Source of the DNA: Candidatus Bathyarchaeota archaeon
Lineage (GTDB): Archaea; Thermoproteota; Bathyarchaeia; Bathyarchaeales; Bathycorpusculaceae
Assembly: GCA_963733095.1 (NCBI GenBank)
Contig: CAVTBV010000009.1
Location: 32,001-96,000, forward strand
DNA: 64,000 nt
Direction: 5' to 3'
Part shown: one piece after another, positions 49,455-60,465 of the stretch
How the letters are laid out: each line of letters opens with the position of its first letter
How positions within the stretch are numbered: position 1 is the stretch's first letter
The notes under the pieces: model-generated
Told to the model about the DNA's origin: nothing
What the model saw: only the letters and a program-made list of their open reading frames with translations
Databases searched by the model: none
Position numbers and translations under genes: made by a program

Positions 49455-50456
49455 ATGGATAAAATAAAATTTGCAATCCCAAAAGGCTCCCTAGAAAAAG
49501 CAACTGCAGAATTCTTCTCGAAATCAGGATTCAAAATCGGCGGAACAGAACGCACATACCGCCCAAGCATAAACGATCCCCAAATAGAAATGAAAGTGCT
49601 AAGACCCCAAGAAATCCCTGTCTTCGTTAATGAAGGTCTCCAAGACCTTGGTATAACGGGGGAAGACTGGGTTAAAGAGAACAAAGCAGATGTTGAAATC
49701 CTCCAAAACCTCGAATACGGAAAAATTAAGCTTGTCATAGCTGTTCCCAAAAGTGTCCCTGAAAACAGCACTGTGGGCGATTTCATGGAGTCAATTTGGA
49801 GTCAGGGCAAAAACTTCCGCATAAGCACTGAATACCTCAACATTGCATCCGAATACCTCAAGAATACTCCTCAGTACAAGAAACGTTTTGGCAACGCCGA
49901 CCCAATGATTATGACGCCTTGGTGGAGAAAAGGCGACAACTCAAGAGCCAAGATTTTCCTGTCGTTTGGCGCGACTGAGGCTAAGCCGCCAGAGGACTCC
50001 GACTGTATCATGGATGTGACCGAAACAGGAACCACCATAGAAGCAAACAACTTGCGAATCATCGAAACTGTCTTGAGGTCTTCTGCAGTTCTTATTGCAA
50101 ACAAGAAAAGCCTTGAAGACCCAGAGAAACGCGAGAAAATCTACGACATAGTTGCCCTGCTCAAAGGCGTCGTGGACGGTTCCAAGAGAATCCACATATT
50201 CGTCAACGTCAAAAAAGAGAATCTTCAAACGCTGCTAACGGAGTTGCCTGCACTGAAAAATCCAACCATATCGCCGTTGGCAGATGACGCTTGGGTTGGA
50301 GTAAATACTGTCATCGAAAAAGACTGCTTGATTGGACTATTGCCAAAGATTCGGAAATTAGCGCAGGGTTTGGTTGTTTATGAGCCGCGTCAGGTGTTGG
50401 CTTTAGATGAGATTGCACGGAGAACAGAAGGTCAATGCAAAAAGGATGCACCGTAA
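49455..50456 (+). CDS. hisG: ATP phosphoribosyltransferase (long form)
   Basis: AIPKGSL, RPQEIP, DLGITGED, GATE and ETGTT motifs. Confidence 0.95.
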   Translation: MDKIKFAIPKGSLEKATAEFFSKSGFKIGGTERTYRPSINDPQIEMKVLRPQEIPVFVNEGLQDLGITGEDWVKENKADVEILQNLEYGKIKLVIAVPKSVPENSTVGDFMESIWSQGKNFRISTEYLNIASEYLKNTPQYKKRFGNADPMIMTPWWRKGDNSRAKIFLSFGATEAKPPEDSDCIMDVTETGTTIEANNLRIIETVLRSSAVLIANKKSLEDPEKREKIYDIVALLKGVVDGSKRIHIFVNVKKENLQTLLTELPALKNPTISPLADDAWVGVNTVIEKDCLIGLLPKIRKLAQGLVVYEPRQVLALDEIARRTEGQCKKDAP

Positions 50457-51736
50457 AAGTCTGGCGCTCGAAAGAACTGCCAGCCGACTGGTTTAGAAGA
50501 CAGCAAGCAGACCAAAAAGCAACCCAAGATTTGGGAGCCAGTGTCAAAGCCATAATAAACCAGGTTAAAGTAGACGGTGACAAAGCACTGGTTGAGTTTG
50601 CCCAAAAATTTGACAAAGCCGAACTTGACCTGCGAGGCCTCAAAGTTAAGCCCGCCGAAATCAAGGAAGCCTACACCAAAACAACTCCCCAACAAGTCTC
50701 AGCACTGAAGTTCATGAAAGAAAGGGTCAACGCATTACAAAAACAGCTGCTCACCCAAACCGACATCAAAACAGCAAATGACGGAATCTCTGTCAAAACT
50801 GTCCTGCGCCCTATAGAAAGTGTAGGTTGCTACATTCCAGGAGGGCAAGCAGCTTACCCCAGCACACTCATCATGACTGCTGTTCCAGCAAAAGTAGCAG
50901 GCGTCCCACGAGTTGTCGTATGTTCGCCCTCGGATGCTAAGGGCAAAGTTAACCCACTGGTTCTAGTCGCCGCAGACATCTGCGGTGTCGATGAGGTTTA
51001 CCGAGTAGGCGGAGCCCAAGCCATAGCTGCTTTAGCTTACGGAACAAAAACAATAGCGGCCGTACGAAAAATAGTGGGTCCAGGCAGCAAATATGTGACT
51101 GCCGCTAAGGTTTTAGTTTCGACTGATGTTGCGATTGATATGCCTGCTGGTCCAAGCGAAGTTCTAATTTTAGCGGATGCGTCAGCAGACGCGCGGTTGA
51201 TAGCGTTTGATATGGTTTCTCAGGCTGAACATGGAGAAGACAGCGTTGCCGCACTAATAACGACGTCAGAGAAATTGGCTCTGCAAGTACAGGAAAATCT
51301 CGCAAAATTTGCCGTTTCAGCAGAAAGAAGCGAAAAAATCTCAGAGTCACTGGCTAAATACGGATTTATAATCATCTGCAGTGTCATTGAAGAGGCAATC
51401 AGTTTGGTGAACCAGTTTGCGGCAGAACACTTAGAAGTCATGACTGCTAAACCCGGAGAGGTTGCAGAGAAACTCACCGCTGGACTTATACTGTTAGGTC
51501 CCTACAGCCCCGTTGCCCTCAGCGATTACGGTAGCGGAACCAACCATGTCTTGCCCACAGGCGGGTTTGCACAATCGTTCTCGGGCTTATCAGCCTTGGA
51601 CTTTATGAGGAGGGTGAGCATCGTTGAAAGTACCCGAATGGGTCTAGAAAGAGTAAAGGACAGCATCAAGGTATTGACGGAAGCAGAGAACCTTCCCAAC
51701 CACTATAAAGCAATAGCGGCAAGGTTAGAAAAATGA
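50435..51736 (+). CDS. hisD: Histidinol dehydrogenase
   Basis: [21 protein letters not shown] and GTNHVLPT motifs. Confidence 0.96.
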   Translation: MQKGCTVKVWRSKELPADWFRRQQADQKATQDLGASVKAIINQVKVDGDKALVEFAQKFDKAELDLRGLKVKPAEIKEAYTKTTPQQVSALKFMKERVNALQKQLLTQTDIKTANDGISVKTVLRPIESVGCYIPGGQAAYPSTLIMTAVPAKVAGVPRVVVCSPSDAKGKVNPLVLVAADICGVDEVYRVGGAQAIAALAYGTKTIAAVRKIVGPGSKYVTAAKVLVSTDVAIDMPAGPSEVLILADASADARLIAFDMVSQAEHGEDSVAALITTSEKLALQVQENLAKFAVSAERSEKISESLAKYGFIIICSVIEEAISLVNQFAAEHLEVMTAKPGEVAEKLTAGLILLGPYSPVALSDYGSGTNHVLPTGGFAQSFSGLSALDFMRRVSIVESTRMGLERVKDSIKVLTEAENLPNHYKAIAARLEK

Positions 51737-52857
51737 GTGAATCCTACAAAAAATGGCTAAAACAAAAACTCCAAAAACTCCAAGCAATAGACTGCTACAC
51801 CCCTGGAGCAACCCCCGAAACGGTAGCGAAGCAGCTGGGCGTCACTACAAAACAGATAATTAAGCTGGACTTTAACGAGAACCTGTTTGTGCCAAGAGTC
51901 AAGCAAGCCAAACTGGTTAAGGAGTTGGCTGACGAAATCGATCTGCGCCTGTACCCCGAAGACGAAGAAATTAAGCTGCGCGAAAAACTCGCAGGCTACC
52001 TGAAAGTACCCAAAGAATTCCTCGTGGTCGGCAATGCAAGCGACGAATTAATCGACCGCATCATTAGACTATTCGTTGAGAAGGGTGATCTCACAGTTTC
52101 TTTCACCCCAACATTCAGTGTCCCACGACTCTGTGTTAAACGACAAGAAGGCGAATACATCCAAGTACCGCTTCAAAAAGACCTCCAACTTGACCTTAAA
52201 GGGATGCTCTCCAAATTCTCTGACAAAACAAGATTGCTCTATCTCTGCTCACCCAACAGCCCAACCGCCATACAGTACAAACCCGAAGACATCGAAGCCT
52301 TAGTCAACGCATTTCCAGGCATAGTCATTTTAGATGAGGCGTATGGCGAATTCGCAGATTACTCGTTTGTGCCAAGGATAAAAGAATTCGAGAACATGAT
52401 TATTCTACGAACCTTCTCCAAAGCCTTCGGTTTGGCAGCGCTTCGACTAGGTTACGCCGTTGCAAACCCCGAGTTAGCCAAGATTCTAACAGAAAAAACC
52501 CCGTTGCCTTACCCAGTTAGTGGATTTACGCTGAGGATGGGCGCTAAAATGCTGGACAACGTTGATTTGATGATGGAATCGGTTAGGCAAGTTAAGAGTG
52601 AGCGGGCAAAACTGATAATGGCACTCAACGATATAGAAGGCGTGCAAGCTTTTAATTCGCAAGCCAACTTCGTGCTGATAAATACCCAAAAACCCTGTGA
52701 CTTAGTTAACCAGAAGCTGCTTTGGAAAGGAATAATGGTTAAGAAATGGGGCAAAATCCTACAGTATGAAAATTGCTTCCGCGTCACTATTGGTTTGCCA
52801 GAAATGAATGCGAAACTAATCGAAGCATTAAAAGAAATCCATGAGGAAGCTGAATGA
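51733..52857 (+). CDS. hisC: Histidinol-phosphate aminotransferase
   Basis: NEN, LDEAY and RTFSKAFGLAALRLGY motifs. Confidence 0.95.
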   Translation: MSESYKKWLKQKLQKLQAIDCYTPGATPETVAKQLGVTTKQIIKLDFNENLFVPRVKQAKLVKELADEIDLRLYPEDEEIKLREKLAGYLKVPKEFLVVGNASDELIDRIIRLFVEKGDLTVSFTPTFSVPRLCVKRQEGEYIQVPLQKDLQLDLKGMLSKFSDKTRLLYLCSPNSPTAIQYKPEDIEALVNAFPGIVILDEAYGEFADYSFVPRIKEFENMIILRTFSKAFGLAALRLGYAVANPELAKILTEKTPLPYPVSGFTLRMGAKMLDNVDLMMESVRQVKSERAKLIMALNDIEGVQAFNSQANFVLINTQKPCDLVNQKLLWKGIMVKKWGKILQYENCFRVTIGLPEMNAKLIEALKEIHEEAE

Positions 52858-53429
52858 GAAGAGAGGAAGTTTACCGTAAAACCAAAGAAACCGAAGTTAA
52901 AATATCCGTGAATTTGGACGGGGAAGGAAAAGTGGCAGTTTGCTCTGCTGTGCCCTTCTTAAACCACATGGTTACTTCCCTTGCCACGCACAGTTTAATC
53001 GATATTAACGCATCGGTGACTGGCGACTTGATACACCACTGCGTAGAAGACTTAGCCATTGGCTTGGGCGAAGCATTAAACAAGGCTTTAGGAACCCGTG
53101 AAGGAATCGTACGCTTTGGCAACGCCGCCGCACCCATGGACTGCTCCTTAGCGTTCGCAGCCGTCGACCTCGTTAAGCGTCCATACTTCAAAATCGACCT
53201 CAAACTCCGAGGCAAAAAAGTAGAAGACTTGCCAACAGAAGACATAAACCACTTCTTCGAATCCCTTGCCCAATCGCTCCAGGCAAACGTGCACATTCTC
53301 GTCGAGTACGGCAGCAACGACCACCACAAAGCCGAAGCCGCAACCAAAGCCCTCGCACTATCCCTCCGCCAAGCAGTAGCCATGGACCCAAGACGTAAAG
53401 GCGTCCCCAGCTCCAAGGGAGTCATCTAA
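52854..53429 (+). CDS. hisB: Imidazoleglycerol-phosphate dehydratase
   Basis: RKTKET, HHCVED, NDHHKAEA and PSSKG motifs. Confidence 0.96.
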   Translation: MRREEVYRKTKETEVKISVNLDGEGKVAVCSAVPFLNHMVTSLATHSLIDINASVTGDLIHHCVEDLAIGLGEALNKALGTREGIVRFGNAAAPMDCSLAFAAVDLVKRPYFKIDLKLRGKKVEDLPTEDINHFFESLAQSLQANVHILVEYGSNDHHKAEAATKALALSLRQAVAMDPRRKGVPSSKGVI

Positions 53430-54034
53430 TGCCCCAAGCAATCATATTCGACTACGGAGTCGGCAACCTCCTCAGCCTGAAAACGGCTTTGGAAAAAGCA
53501 GGTTTAAACGCATCAATCGGCACCACAGCGCAGGAATTATCAAAAGCAGATGCGATTGCTCTGCCCGGTGTTGGAAGCTTCACCTCAGCCTCAGATAAAC
53601 TCGATGCAGTCAAAGAAACCCTTCAAACCAAAATCAAAGAAGGCACGCCTCTGCTCGGAATCTGTTTGGGCTTGCAGCTTTTCTTTGAGACAAGCGAGGA
53701 AGGATCCGGAAATGGCTTAGCCCTCTTCAAGGGCAAAAACATGCAGTTACCTAACACTGTCAAAGTGCCCCACATGGGCTGGAACACACTACACATCGTC
53801 AAACCAAACGATCTCTTCGAAGGGATCGCCGAAGGAACCTACGTTTACTTTGTACACTCACTCTACCCATCCCTCGAAGACAAATCAATTGTCTGCACCA
53901 CAACCGAGTACGGAACTACCTTCACATCCGCTATCGCCAGCAAAAACATCTACGGCACCCAGTTCCACCCAGAAAAATCAGGCGAGACAGGCTTGAAAAT
54001 CCTCAAAAATTTTGTAAAAACAGTAGTTAAGTGA
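53429..54034 (+). CDS. hisH: IGP synthase glutaminase subunit
   Basis: DYGVGN, GICLGLQ and QFHPEKS motifs. Confidence 0.96.
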   Translation: MPQAIIFDYGVGNLLSLKTALEKAGLNASIGTTAQELSKADAIALPGVGSFTSASDKLDAVKETLQTKIKEGTPLLGICLGLQLFFETSEEGSGNGLALFKGKNMQLPNTVKVPHMGWNTLHIVKPNDLFEGIAEGTYVYFVHSLYPSLEDKSIVCTTTEYGTTFTSAIASKNIYGTQFHPEKSGETGLKILKNFVKTVVK

Positions 54035-54039
54035 CTAAT

Positions 54040-54765
54040 ATGCAGTTGATTCCAGCAATCGATTTAATGAACGGCAAAATCGTCCGCTTAACCCGCGGCG
54101 AAGCTAAAACCGCCAAAATCTACGAAAGCAAATTCGGCAGCCCAGTCGAAGCAGCAAAGCGTTGGCGCGATGAAGGAGCAGGAAAACTCCACATCATCGA
54201 TTTGGATGCCGCTTTTTCACTCGGCAACAATCACGAAGTCATCGCTGAAATTGCAAAAAACGTGGATTTACCCATACAAGTCGGTGGCGGCATACGCAGC
54301 TATGAAACGGCAGAAAAACTCTTTCGAACAGGCATAACCCAAGTAATCCTTGGCGCCTTAGCGTTTAGCGACCCCACGTCAATCGGTAAAATTCGAAAGA
54401 AATTCGGCTTAGACTCTGTCATAGTGGCCTTGGACAACAAGGAGGGGCTCGTTATGGTTGAAGGATGGAAAACTGCAACTGCAATGACCGTGGACGGTGC
54501 CCTCGAAAAATACACACATCTCGGTGTGCGCCGTTTCCTGATAACTTCCATCGCCCAAGACGGCATGCTTAACGGTCCAGACCTGCAAACGCTTAGCCAA
54601 GCGGCCCTATATCCCAACGCCAAAATCATAGCGGCAGGCGGAATCGGCAGCATCGGCGATTTGGCTGCTCTCAAAGAAATCGAGGTAGAAGGCGCCGTTA
54701 TCGGGAAAGCCCTTTATGAAGGCCGATTCACGTTAAAAGAAGCCATACAAAAAATAGGGGTTTAA
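54040..54765 (+). CDS. hisA: ProFAR isomerase
   Basis: IPAIDL, HIIDLD and QVGGGIRS motifs. Confidence 0.95.
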   Translation: MQLIPAIDLMNGKIVRLTRGEAKTAKIYESKFGSPVEAAKRWRDEGAGKLHIIDLDAAFSLGNNHEVIAEIAKNVDLPIQVGGGIRSYETAEKLFRTGITQVILGALAFSDPTSIGKIRKKFGLDSVIVALDNKEGLVMVEGWKTATAMTVDGALEKYTHLGVRRFLITSIAQDGMLNGPDLQTLSQAALYPNAKIIAAGGIGSIGDLAALKEIEVEGAVIGKALYEGRFTLKEAIQKIGV

Positions 54766-54767
54766 AG

Positions 54768-55571
54768 ATGCCGCTAGCAAAACGTATTATTCCATGCTTA
54801 GATGTTGACCATGGGAAAGTAGTTAAGTGCATAAACTTTCTCAATCCAAAGCAAGCGGGCAACCCAGTGGAGATGGCTAAACGCTACTCTGATGATGGCG
54901 CTGATGAACTTGTTTTCTTGGATATAACTGCGTCTTCCGAGAAACGGGATATACTTCGGGGTGTCGTTGAAGGTGTTGCTAAAGCAATCAGCATTCCCTT
55001 CACTGTCGGAGGTGGAGTGCGCAATGTGTCGGATGCACGGCTGGTTTTGTGTAGTGGTGCTGATAAAGTGTCGGTTAACACCGCGGCAGTGGAGAACCCC
55101 CAAGTCATAACTGAATTAGCTGACGTTTTCGGGAGACAATGTGTCGTGTGTGCCATCGATGCCAAACGTAACCGAACGCCCAGCGACGGCAAAATTATCG
55201 TAGACACTGGTGAGGGTAAGGTTTGGTTTGAAGTGGTCACTTACGGAGGTCGAAAACCCACAGGTATTGATGCTTTAGCATGGGCGAAGCTTGCAGAGAA
55301 GCTTGGTGCGGGCGAGTTCCTTGTAACCTCGATGGATAAGGATGGCACTAAAGATGGTTACGACATTGAATTGACCCGATCCATCTCCGAACGCGTTAAC
55401 GTGCCCATAATTGCAAGTGGCGGCGCAGGCATCCCCAAACACCTTCTCGATGTCTTAACAGAAGGCAAAGCAGACGCCGCTTTGGCAGCTTCAATCTTCC
55501 ACTACAACAACTACCCAGTACCAGTTGTGAAAGATTACCTTCGTAAAGCGGGGGTGACAATACGAACATGA
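54768..55571 (+). CDS. hisF: IGP synthase cyclase subunit
   Basis: [25 protein letters not shown] and ALAASIFH motifs. Confidence 0.96.
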   Translation: MPLAKRIIPCLDVDHGKVVKCINFLNPKQAGNPVEMAKRYSDDGADELVFLDITASSEKRDILRGVVEGVAKAISIPFTVGGGVRNVSDARLVLCSGADKVSVNTAAVENPQVITELADVFGRQCVVCAIDAKRNRTPSDGKIIVDTGEGKVWFEVVTYGGRKPTGIDALAWAKLAEKLGAGEFLVTSMDKDGTKDGYDIELTRSISERVNVPIIASGGAGIPKHLLDVLTEGKADAALAASIFHYNNYPVPVVKDYLRKAGVTIRT

Positions 55572-55903
55572 CAACGCACCAAGAATTACTCGAAAAGTTG
55601 GACTTTAAAAAAGGCAACGGACTCATCCCAGTTATAGTCCAAGATATAAAAACAAAAGAAATCCTAATGCAAGCATACGCCAACAAAGAAGCCGTTGTGC
55701 TTACCCTCAAAACCCGTAAAGCAACCTACTGGAGCCGATCCCGTAGCGAACTCTGGATTAAAGGCGAAACCTCAGGACACACCCAAAAAATCATCTCTGT
55801 CGCAACAGACTGCGACCACGATTCGCTTCTATATTTGGTTGAACAGACTGGTCCCGCTTGCCACACGGGCGAATACAGCTGCTTTTTCAACAAGCTCTTG
55901 TGA
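55568..55903 (+). CDS. hisI: Phosphoribosyl-AMP cyclohydrolase (monofunctional)
   Basis: YWSRSR..LW.KGETSG, DCDHD and [10 protein letters not shown] motifs; no HisE domain. Confidence 0.95.
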   Translation: MTTHQELLEKLDFKKGNGLIPVIVQDIKTKEILMQAYANKEAVVLTLKTRKATYWSRSRSELWIKGETSGHTQKIISVATDCDHDSLLYLVEQTGPACHTGEYSCFFNKLL

Positions 55904-55948
55904 TGAATGCTTTTAAACCGAAACTCACTATTCTCTTTGTGGATTTTT

Positions 55949-57004
55949 ATGTCTTTACATGAAGCGATGCTTTATGAGCGGCAAAATGAGGGCAAAGTAA
56001 AATGTTGCTTATGCGCCAGAAGATGCCTAATAAGCGACGACTCAACTGGTTTCTGTTTAGTCCGCAAAAATCAGGGTGGAATGCTCTACACCCTCAACTA
56101 TGGCAAAGCTGTTTCTGCTGGTGTAGACCCAATCAGCAAAAAACCACTCTCTCACTTTAACCCCGGCGCGTTGGTTTTGTCGATTGCGGCGGCTGGCTGC
56201 AATTTTCGGTGCCAATTCTGCGACAATTGGATGATAAGTCAAGACCGCGAAGTCGCCGGCAACCCTTTTTCACCCGAGGAAGTGGTGAAGTCAGCTAAGA
56301 ACGCAGGGTGTCAAGGCATAAGCTACACCTACACGGAACCCACCATATTCATGGAGTACGCCTACGACAGCGCCAAACTTGCGCATGAAGCAGGCTTATT
56401 TAACACTTTTGTCACCAACGGTTACATGACGCCTGAGGCCGTAAAGACCATAGCGCCCTACTTGGATGCGGCAACGGTTGATTTTAAAGGCGGAGGAGAC
56501 CCCGACTTCTACAAATCTGTCATGGCAGTGCCAAGTGTTGAACCAATCTATGACTCACTGCAGGAACTCAAACTGCAGGATGTGCACATCGAAATTACCA
56601 ATCTGGTTGTTCCGAAGATGGGTGATTCCATGGATAGACTCAGGGAAATGGCCAAGTGGATTAAGGATTTTTTGGGACCAGACACACCCTTCCACCTGTT
56701 GCGTTTCCATCCTGAATACAAACTGACGACTACACCTGCAACAAGTGTTCAAGACATGGAACGCGCTTATCTAACGGCCAAAAACCAAGGTTTAAACTAT
56801 GTTTACATGGGCAATGTTCCTGGTCACCCAGGCGAGAACACTTACTGCCCGAACTGCGACACAGCGGTAATCAAACGCAATAGCTTCGACATCACCAAAT
56901 GGAACCTGACAAGTGACATGAAATGCCCCGTATGCGGGCACCAAATCCCAATAAAAGGCAAACTTCACCAAAACAACCAAGGCTTTCCCTACGCGCTTTT
57001 TTAG
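55949..57004 (+). CDS. amrS: AmmeMemoRadiSam system radical SAM enzyme
   Basis: C.LC.R.C...G.C.VR.N, DPI.KKPL.HF.PG, GCNFRCQFC and YTYTEP motifs. Confidence 0.9.
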   Translation: MSLHEAMLYERQNEGKVKCCLCARRCLISDDSTGFCLVRKNQGGMLYTLNYGKAVSAGVDPISKKPLSHFNPGALVLSIAAAGCNFRCQFCDNWMISQDREVAGNPFSPEEVVKSAKNAGCQGISYTYTEPTIFMEYAYDSAKLAHEAGLFNTFVTNGYMTPEAVKTIAPYLDAATVDFKGGGDPDFYKSVMAVPSVEPIYDSLQELKLQDVHIEITNLVVPKMGDSMDRLREMAKWIKDFLGPDTPFHLLRFHPEYKLTTTPATSVQDMERAYLTAKNQGLNYVYMGNVPGHPGENTYCPNCDTAVIKRNSFDITKWNLTSDMKCPVCGHQIPIKGKLHQNNQGFPYALF

Positions 57005-57101
57005 CCATCCATAGCCTGTTTCCAACTTGGGCATGTAGCCGAGGGCTTAAGCCTTTATTTAGGGCAAACCTAAACTTTGCAGTTGTAGCGTGCCCCAATC
57101 A

Positions 57102-57971
57102 ATGACCAAGTACACAGCGTTGGCAATAAAGACCAATTACTGGAACCCACACAGCAACTACACAGATAAAATCTTGGGCGCCATAGAAAAGAAAGTTGAA
57201 GATGGCGACTTTGTGGTGGTCTCTGAGAAGGCAATATCCACCGCGCTATCCAACATGGTTGACGAAAGCACGGTTAAGCCGAGCGGGAGTGCGAGGGTTC
57301 TGGCAGGTTTCTGGATGCGGCTTGTTTGGGGTTATCCGCTTGGGATTCTGTGCGGTTTTGGTCCTCGGCTGCTCAAGCGGCTGCGAAATTATCCTTTCAA
57401 GTCGGGTAGTCGCCACAAACAGGTTGCATTGCAGTATGCAGGGTTTTGGCAGGCGCTTATGTTTGGTTCGGAAGGTGGAATCGATGGCTCTAATTTGCCC
57501 TTTTCCTATGTGAGTTTACCTTTGAATAACTCGGAGAAGTTGGCGCAAAAAATCCAAACCCAAATCTGGCAGGACCTGCAAAAGAATGTCTGCGTAATCA
57601 TCGCTGACACCGACAAAACCTACAAGTTCTACAACTTTTTCTTTACGCCGCGACCCACTCCGCTCAAAGGCATCCATTCCTTGGGCGCAAGTAGTACTTA
57701 CCTATTAGGCAGAATTCTTAGGCTTAAAAAAAGCTCTACTCCCCTTGCCTCTGCAGGCTGCAAACTTACAGCTGGCGAAGCGCTTAAAATTACCAACATC
57801 GCCGACAAAGCCCGCGGTCCAGGTTCAGGCGCCACAGTTTGGGATATGGCGGCAAGGTTCCATGTGGAAATCAACGAGGTAACATGGGAAATGCTCTCGA
57901 CAATCAAGCACAAACCCATTGTAATCGTCAGAAGAACCTCGAAGAAAGTTAATACATCAGAAAACAAATAA
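57102..57971 (+). CDS. Coenzyme F420:L-glutamate ligase (CofE)-like protein
   Basis: VVVSEKAIS, GGIDGSN and IIADTD motifs. Confidence 0.75.
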   Translation: MTKYTALAIKTNYWNPHSNYTDKILGAIEKKVEDGDFVVVSEKAISTALSNMVDESTVKPSGSARVLAGFWMRLVWGYPLGILCGFGPRLLKRLRNYPFKSGSRHKQVALQYAGFWQALMFGSEGGIDGSNLPFSYVSLPLNNSEKLAQKIQTQIWQDLQKNVCVIIADTDKTYKFYNFFFTPRPTPLKGIHSLGASSTYLLGRILRLKKSSTPLASAGCKLTAGEALKITNIADKARGPGSGATVWDMAARFHVEINEVTWEMLSTIKHKPIVIVRRTSKKVNTSENK

Positions 57972-58052
57972 TCAAATAACAAAAAACATGTTCTTTGAGG
58001 TAACACATAAAACAGGGTTTGCAAGCACCCTTAACGGACAAAGGGATAAGGT

Positions 58053-59546
58053 ATGGAAGAAACACTACGGAAGATGGATGCATTCTTCAATCCACACTCA
58101 GTCGCAGTAATCGGTGCCACAAAAAAAGTGGACAAAGCAGGTCACGTAATCTTCAAAAACTTCGCCTCCAACAAAGAACACGGTGTCTTCAAAGGCGAAC
58201 TCTACCCCGTTAATCCAGGTGAAGACTCTATTTTAGGATTCAAATGTTACAAGTCACTAAGTAAGGTTCCTGGCGAGGTTGAATTAATCGTTGTTATTGT
58301 TCCGGCAAAGGTTGTTCCCTCCGTTATGGAAGAAGCCGCCGCTAAAAAAGTCAAGACCGCCATTATAATCAGCTCAGGGTTCAAAGAAGTTGGAAACCAA
58401 GAACTTGAAGACCAAGTTGTAGCCATCGCCACGAAAGCCGGCATCCGAGTTTTAGGCCCCAACTGTCTTGGAGTGTACTACTCAAAAACTGGCATCGACA
58501 CCCTGTTTCTGCCGGAAACCAAAGTCCTCACTACCGGCGAAGAAGTTGTTGCAACGCCGCGTCCGTTGCCCGGCAACATCGCCATGATTACCCAAAGCGG
58601 GGCTTTCGGTGTCGCAGCCCTTGACTACTTGACGGGGCGCCAGATGGGCGTTAGCAAATTCGTGAGTTTCGGCAACAAATGTGACGTCACCGAATCCGAC
58701 ATCCTCCATTACCTGCTCCATGACAAAGAAACCCACGTTATCCTCGTTTACCTTGAAGACATAAAGGCAGGACGAGAATTCCTCAAGATAGCAAAGAAGG
58801 TCACCTGCAAAAAACCCGTCGTCATAATCAAGTCAGGCAAAAGTGTGGCAGGCGCAAGAGCCGCAGCATCCCACACGGGCGCCATCGCGGGCTCAGACAA
58901 AATCTACGACGCCGCGTTCAAGCAGGGTGGAGTCATCAGGGCACGTGACATGGAAGAGTTCTTCGACATCGGCAAAGCCTTAGCGATGCAGCCGCCAGCC
59001 CATGGCAAAAACATCGGCATATTAACCGACGCAGGCGGACCCGGAGTCATGACCGTGGACGAATGCGAAGCTTTGGGTTTAACAGTGGACCGCTTCAGCG
59101 AGGAAACCCTGAAGAAGTTCCAGGAACTCAAAGACCAAAACATCATTCTAAAAATAGCGGCAACCTCAAACCCCGTGGACCTTACTGGCTCAGTAATCGA
59201 CGACATGTTTGTCATGGCTGCTGACCTCATTTTCCAGGACCCAAACATCAGCGGCATCATTCTTCTGGGGCTCCACCATATGCCTGGTCTGCGGGAAGTT
59301 TACATTGACGGCATAGTGAAAATCGCAGAAAGCTACGACAAACCCATCGTCATGTGTGACATCGGCGAAACCGAAATGGCCCTCTACACCCGTAGCCGCT
59401 TCGACAAACTCGGCGTCCCCTCCTTCGAATCCCCCGAAGACGCAGCGCGCGCCATGAAATCACTAGTAACCTACGGCGCCTACCTCAAAAAACAAGGCTG
59501 CGCAGACGAATATATGGAAGCCTTCAAAAAAAGCAAACACCCCTAA
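58053..59546 (+). CDS. acdA: ADP-forming acyl-CoA synthetase alpha subunit
   Basis: SVAVIGA, GPNCLG, TQSGA, SHTG phospho-His site and NPVDLTG. Confidence 0.92.
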   Translation: MEETLRKMDAFFNPHSVAVIGATKKVDKAGHVIFKNFASNKEHGVFKGELYPVNPGEDSILGFKCYKSLSKVPGEVELIVVIVPAKVVPSVMEEAAAKKVKTAIIISSGFKEVGNQELEDQVVAIATKAGIRVLGPNCLGVYYSKTGIDTLFLPETKVLTTGEEVVATPRPLPGNIAMITQSGAFGVAALDYLTGRQMGVSKFVSFGNKCDVTESDILHYLLHDKETHVILVYLEDIKAGREFLKIAKKVTCKKPVVIIKSGKSVAGARAAASHTGAIAGSDKIYDAAFKQGGVIRARDMEEFFDIGKALAMQPPAHGKNIGILTDAGGPGVMTVDECEALGLTVDRFSEETLKKFQELKDQNIILKIAATSNPVDLTGSVIDDMFVMAADLIFQDPNISGIILLGLHHMPGLREVYIDGIVKIAESYDKPIVMCDIGETEMALYTRSRFDKLGVPSFESPEDAARAMKSLVTYGAYLKKQGCADEYMEAFKKSKHP

Positions 59547-59929
59547 ACGCTAACCGAAACCGCCACCACACTGCCATCCACCAATTTTAGGCTGCCGCGC
59601 AGATAAACGGGTGCAATAAGTTCCAAAACATCGTTTGGGTAATTGGGCATAATCGGAATAACGACTGCGCACTTCGACGTGTCGATGGTTGCCTTGAAGA
59701 GTAATCCTGAATAGTAGCCTGCTTGCGGCTCAACCGCCAAGCTCCCCGCAGTCTCAAGCAACCTGCGCTTCTCAACTTCTTCTCCAACCAAACGCAAATT
59801 CAACGTTCCTAAATACGGTGAAAAACCAAGCTTTTCCTCTACCTGTCGCTTAAACCAGGGTAACTCTACGAATTCTTTGCCTCTGCCATCGCCCGAAAAA
59901 ACCATGCCTTCAAAAAATAGGTTAGGCAA
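59543..59929 (-). CDS. ribK: CTP-dependent riboflavin kinase
   Basis: SGDGRG..F, PYLGTLN and ELIAPVYLR motifs. Confidence 0.9.
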   Translation of the reverse strand: MPNLFFEGMVFSGDGRGKEFVELPWFKRQVEEKLGFSPYLGTLNLRLVGEEVEKRRLLETAGSLAVEPQAGYYSGLLFKATIDTSKCAVVIPIMPNYPNDVLELIAPVYLRGSLKLVDGSVVAVSVSV

Positions 59930-59949
59930 AAATAGCCCTCAAAGTGGGT

Positions 59950-60312
59950 TTACTCTTTTAGTTCTTTTAACCAGTTGGCGACCGACTTGAGAATTGGATC
60001 CGAAGATATCTCCACAACTGGCACAATCATCTTTTCTTTAGTCTCGATAACCTGCTGGTACTTAGGCATCATCGCATAACCCACAAACGTCCAGTACACC
60101 TTATGCTTCTCAAGCAGCTCCTTCGCAACAACCGCCGTCGAAGCCGTCAACGGAAAATAGAGAAAAACCACTCCGTCAACCCAATACAACCCCGCCAACT
60201 TTCCCCCAGCAATAACTGAAGTAAACCGTGCAATATCCTCCGGGGTGTTAAATCGGGTCTTCTCCATAACAACGATTTCTTGGAATGGCTCATAAGAGAC
60301 AGCAACGCTCAT
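59950..60312 (-). CDS. Hypothetical protein
   Basis: 120-aa ORF with GGTGA SD, co-oriented with ribK. Confidence 0.7.
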   Translation of the reverse strand: MSVAVSYEPFQEIVVMEKTRFNTPEDIARFTSVIAGGKLAGLYWVDGVVFLYFPLTASTAVVAKELLEKHKVYWTFVGYAMMPKYQQVIETKEKMIVPVVEISSDPILKSVANWLKELKE

Positions 60313-60465
60313 AACATTTCACCGATGACTACCTAATTGTGTGAGCCGCTCCCTTTATAATTTTGCCAATAACCCTGAGAGGGTGAATCAGTTGGCGGAA
60401 AACAAGGCGTTAGTGTGTTGTTTTTTACTGCTAAAAGATTAGGGAAAGAAAGAGTTGGGAACCAC

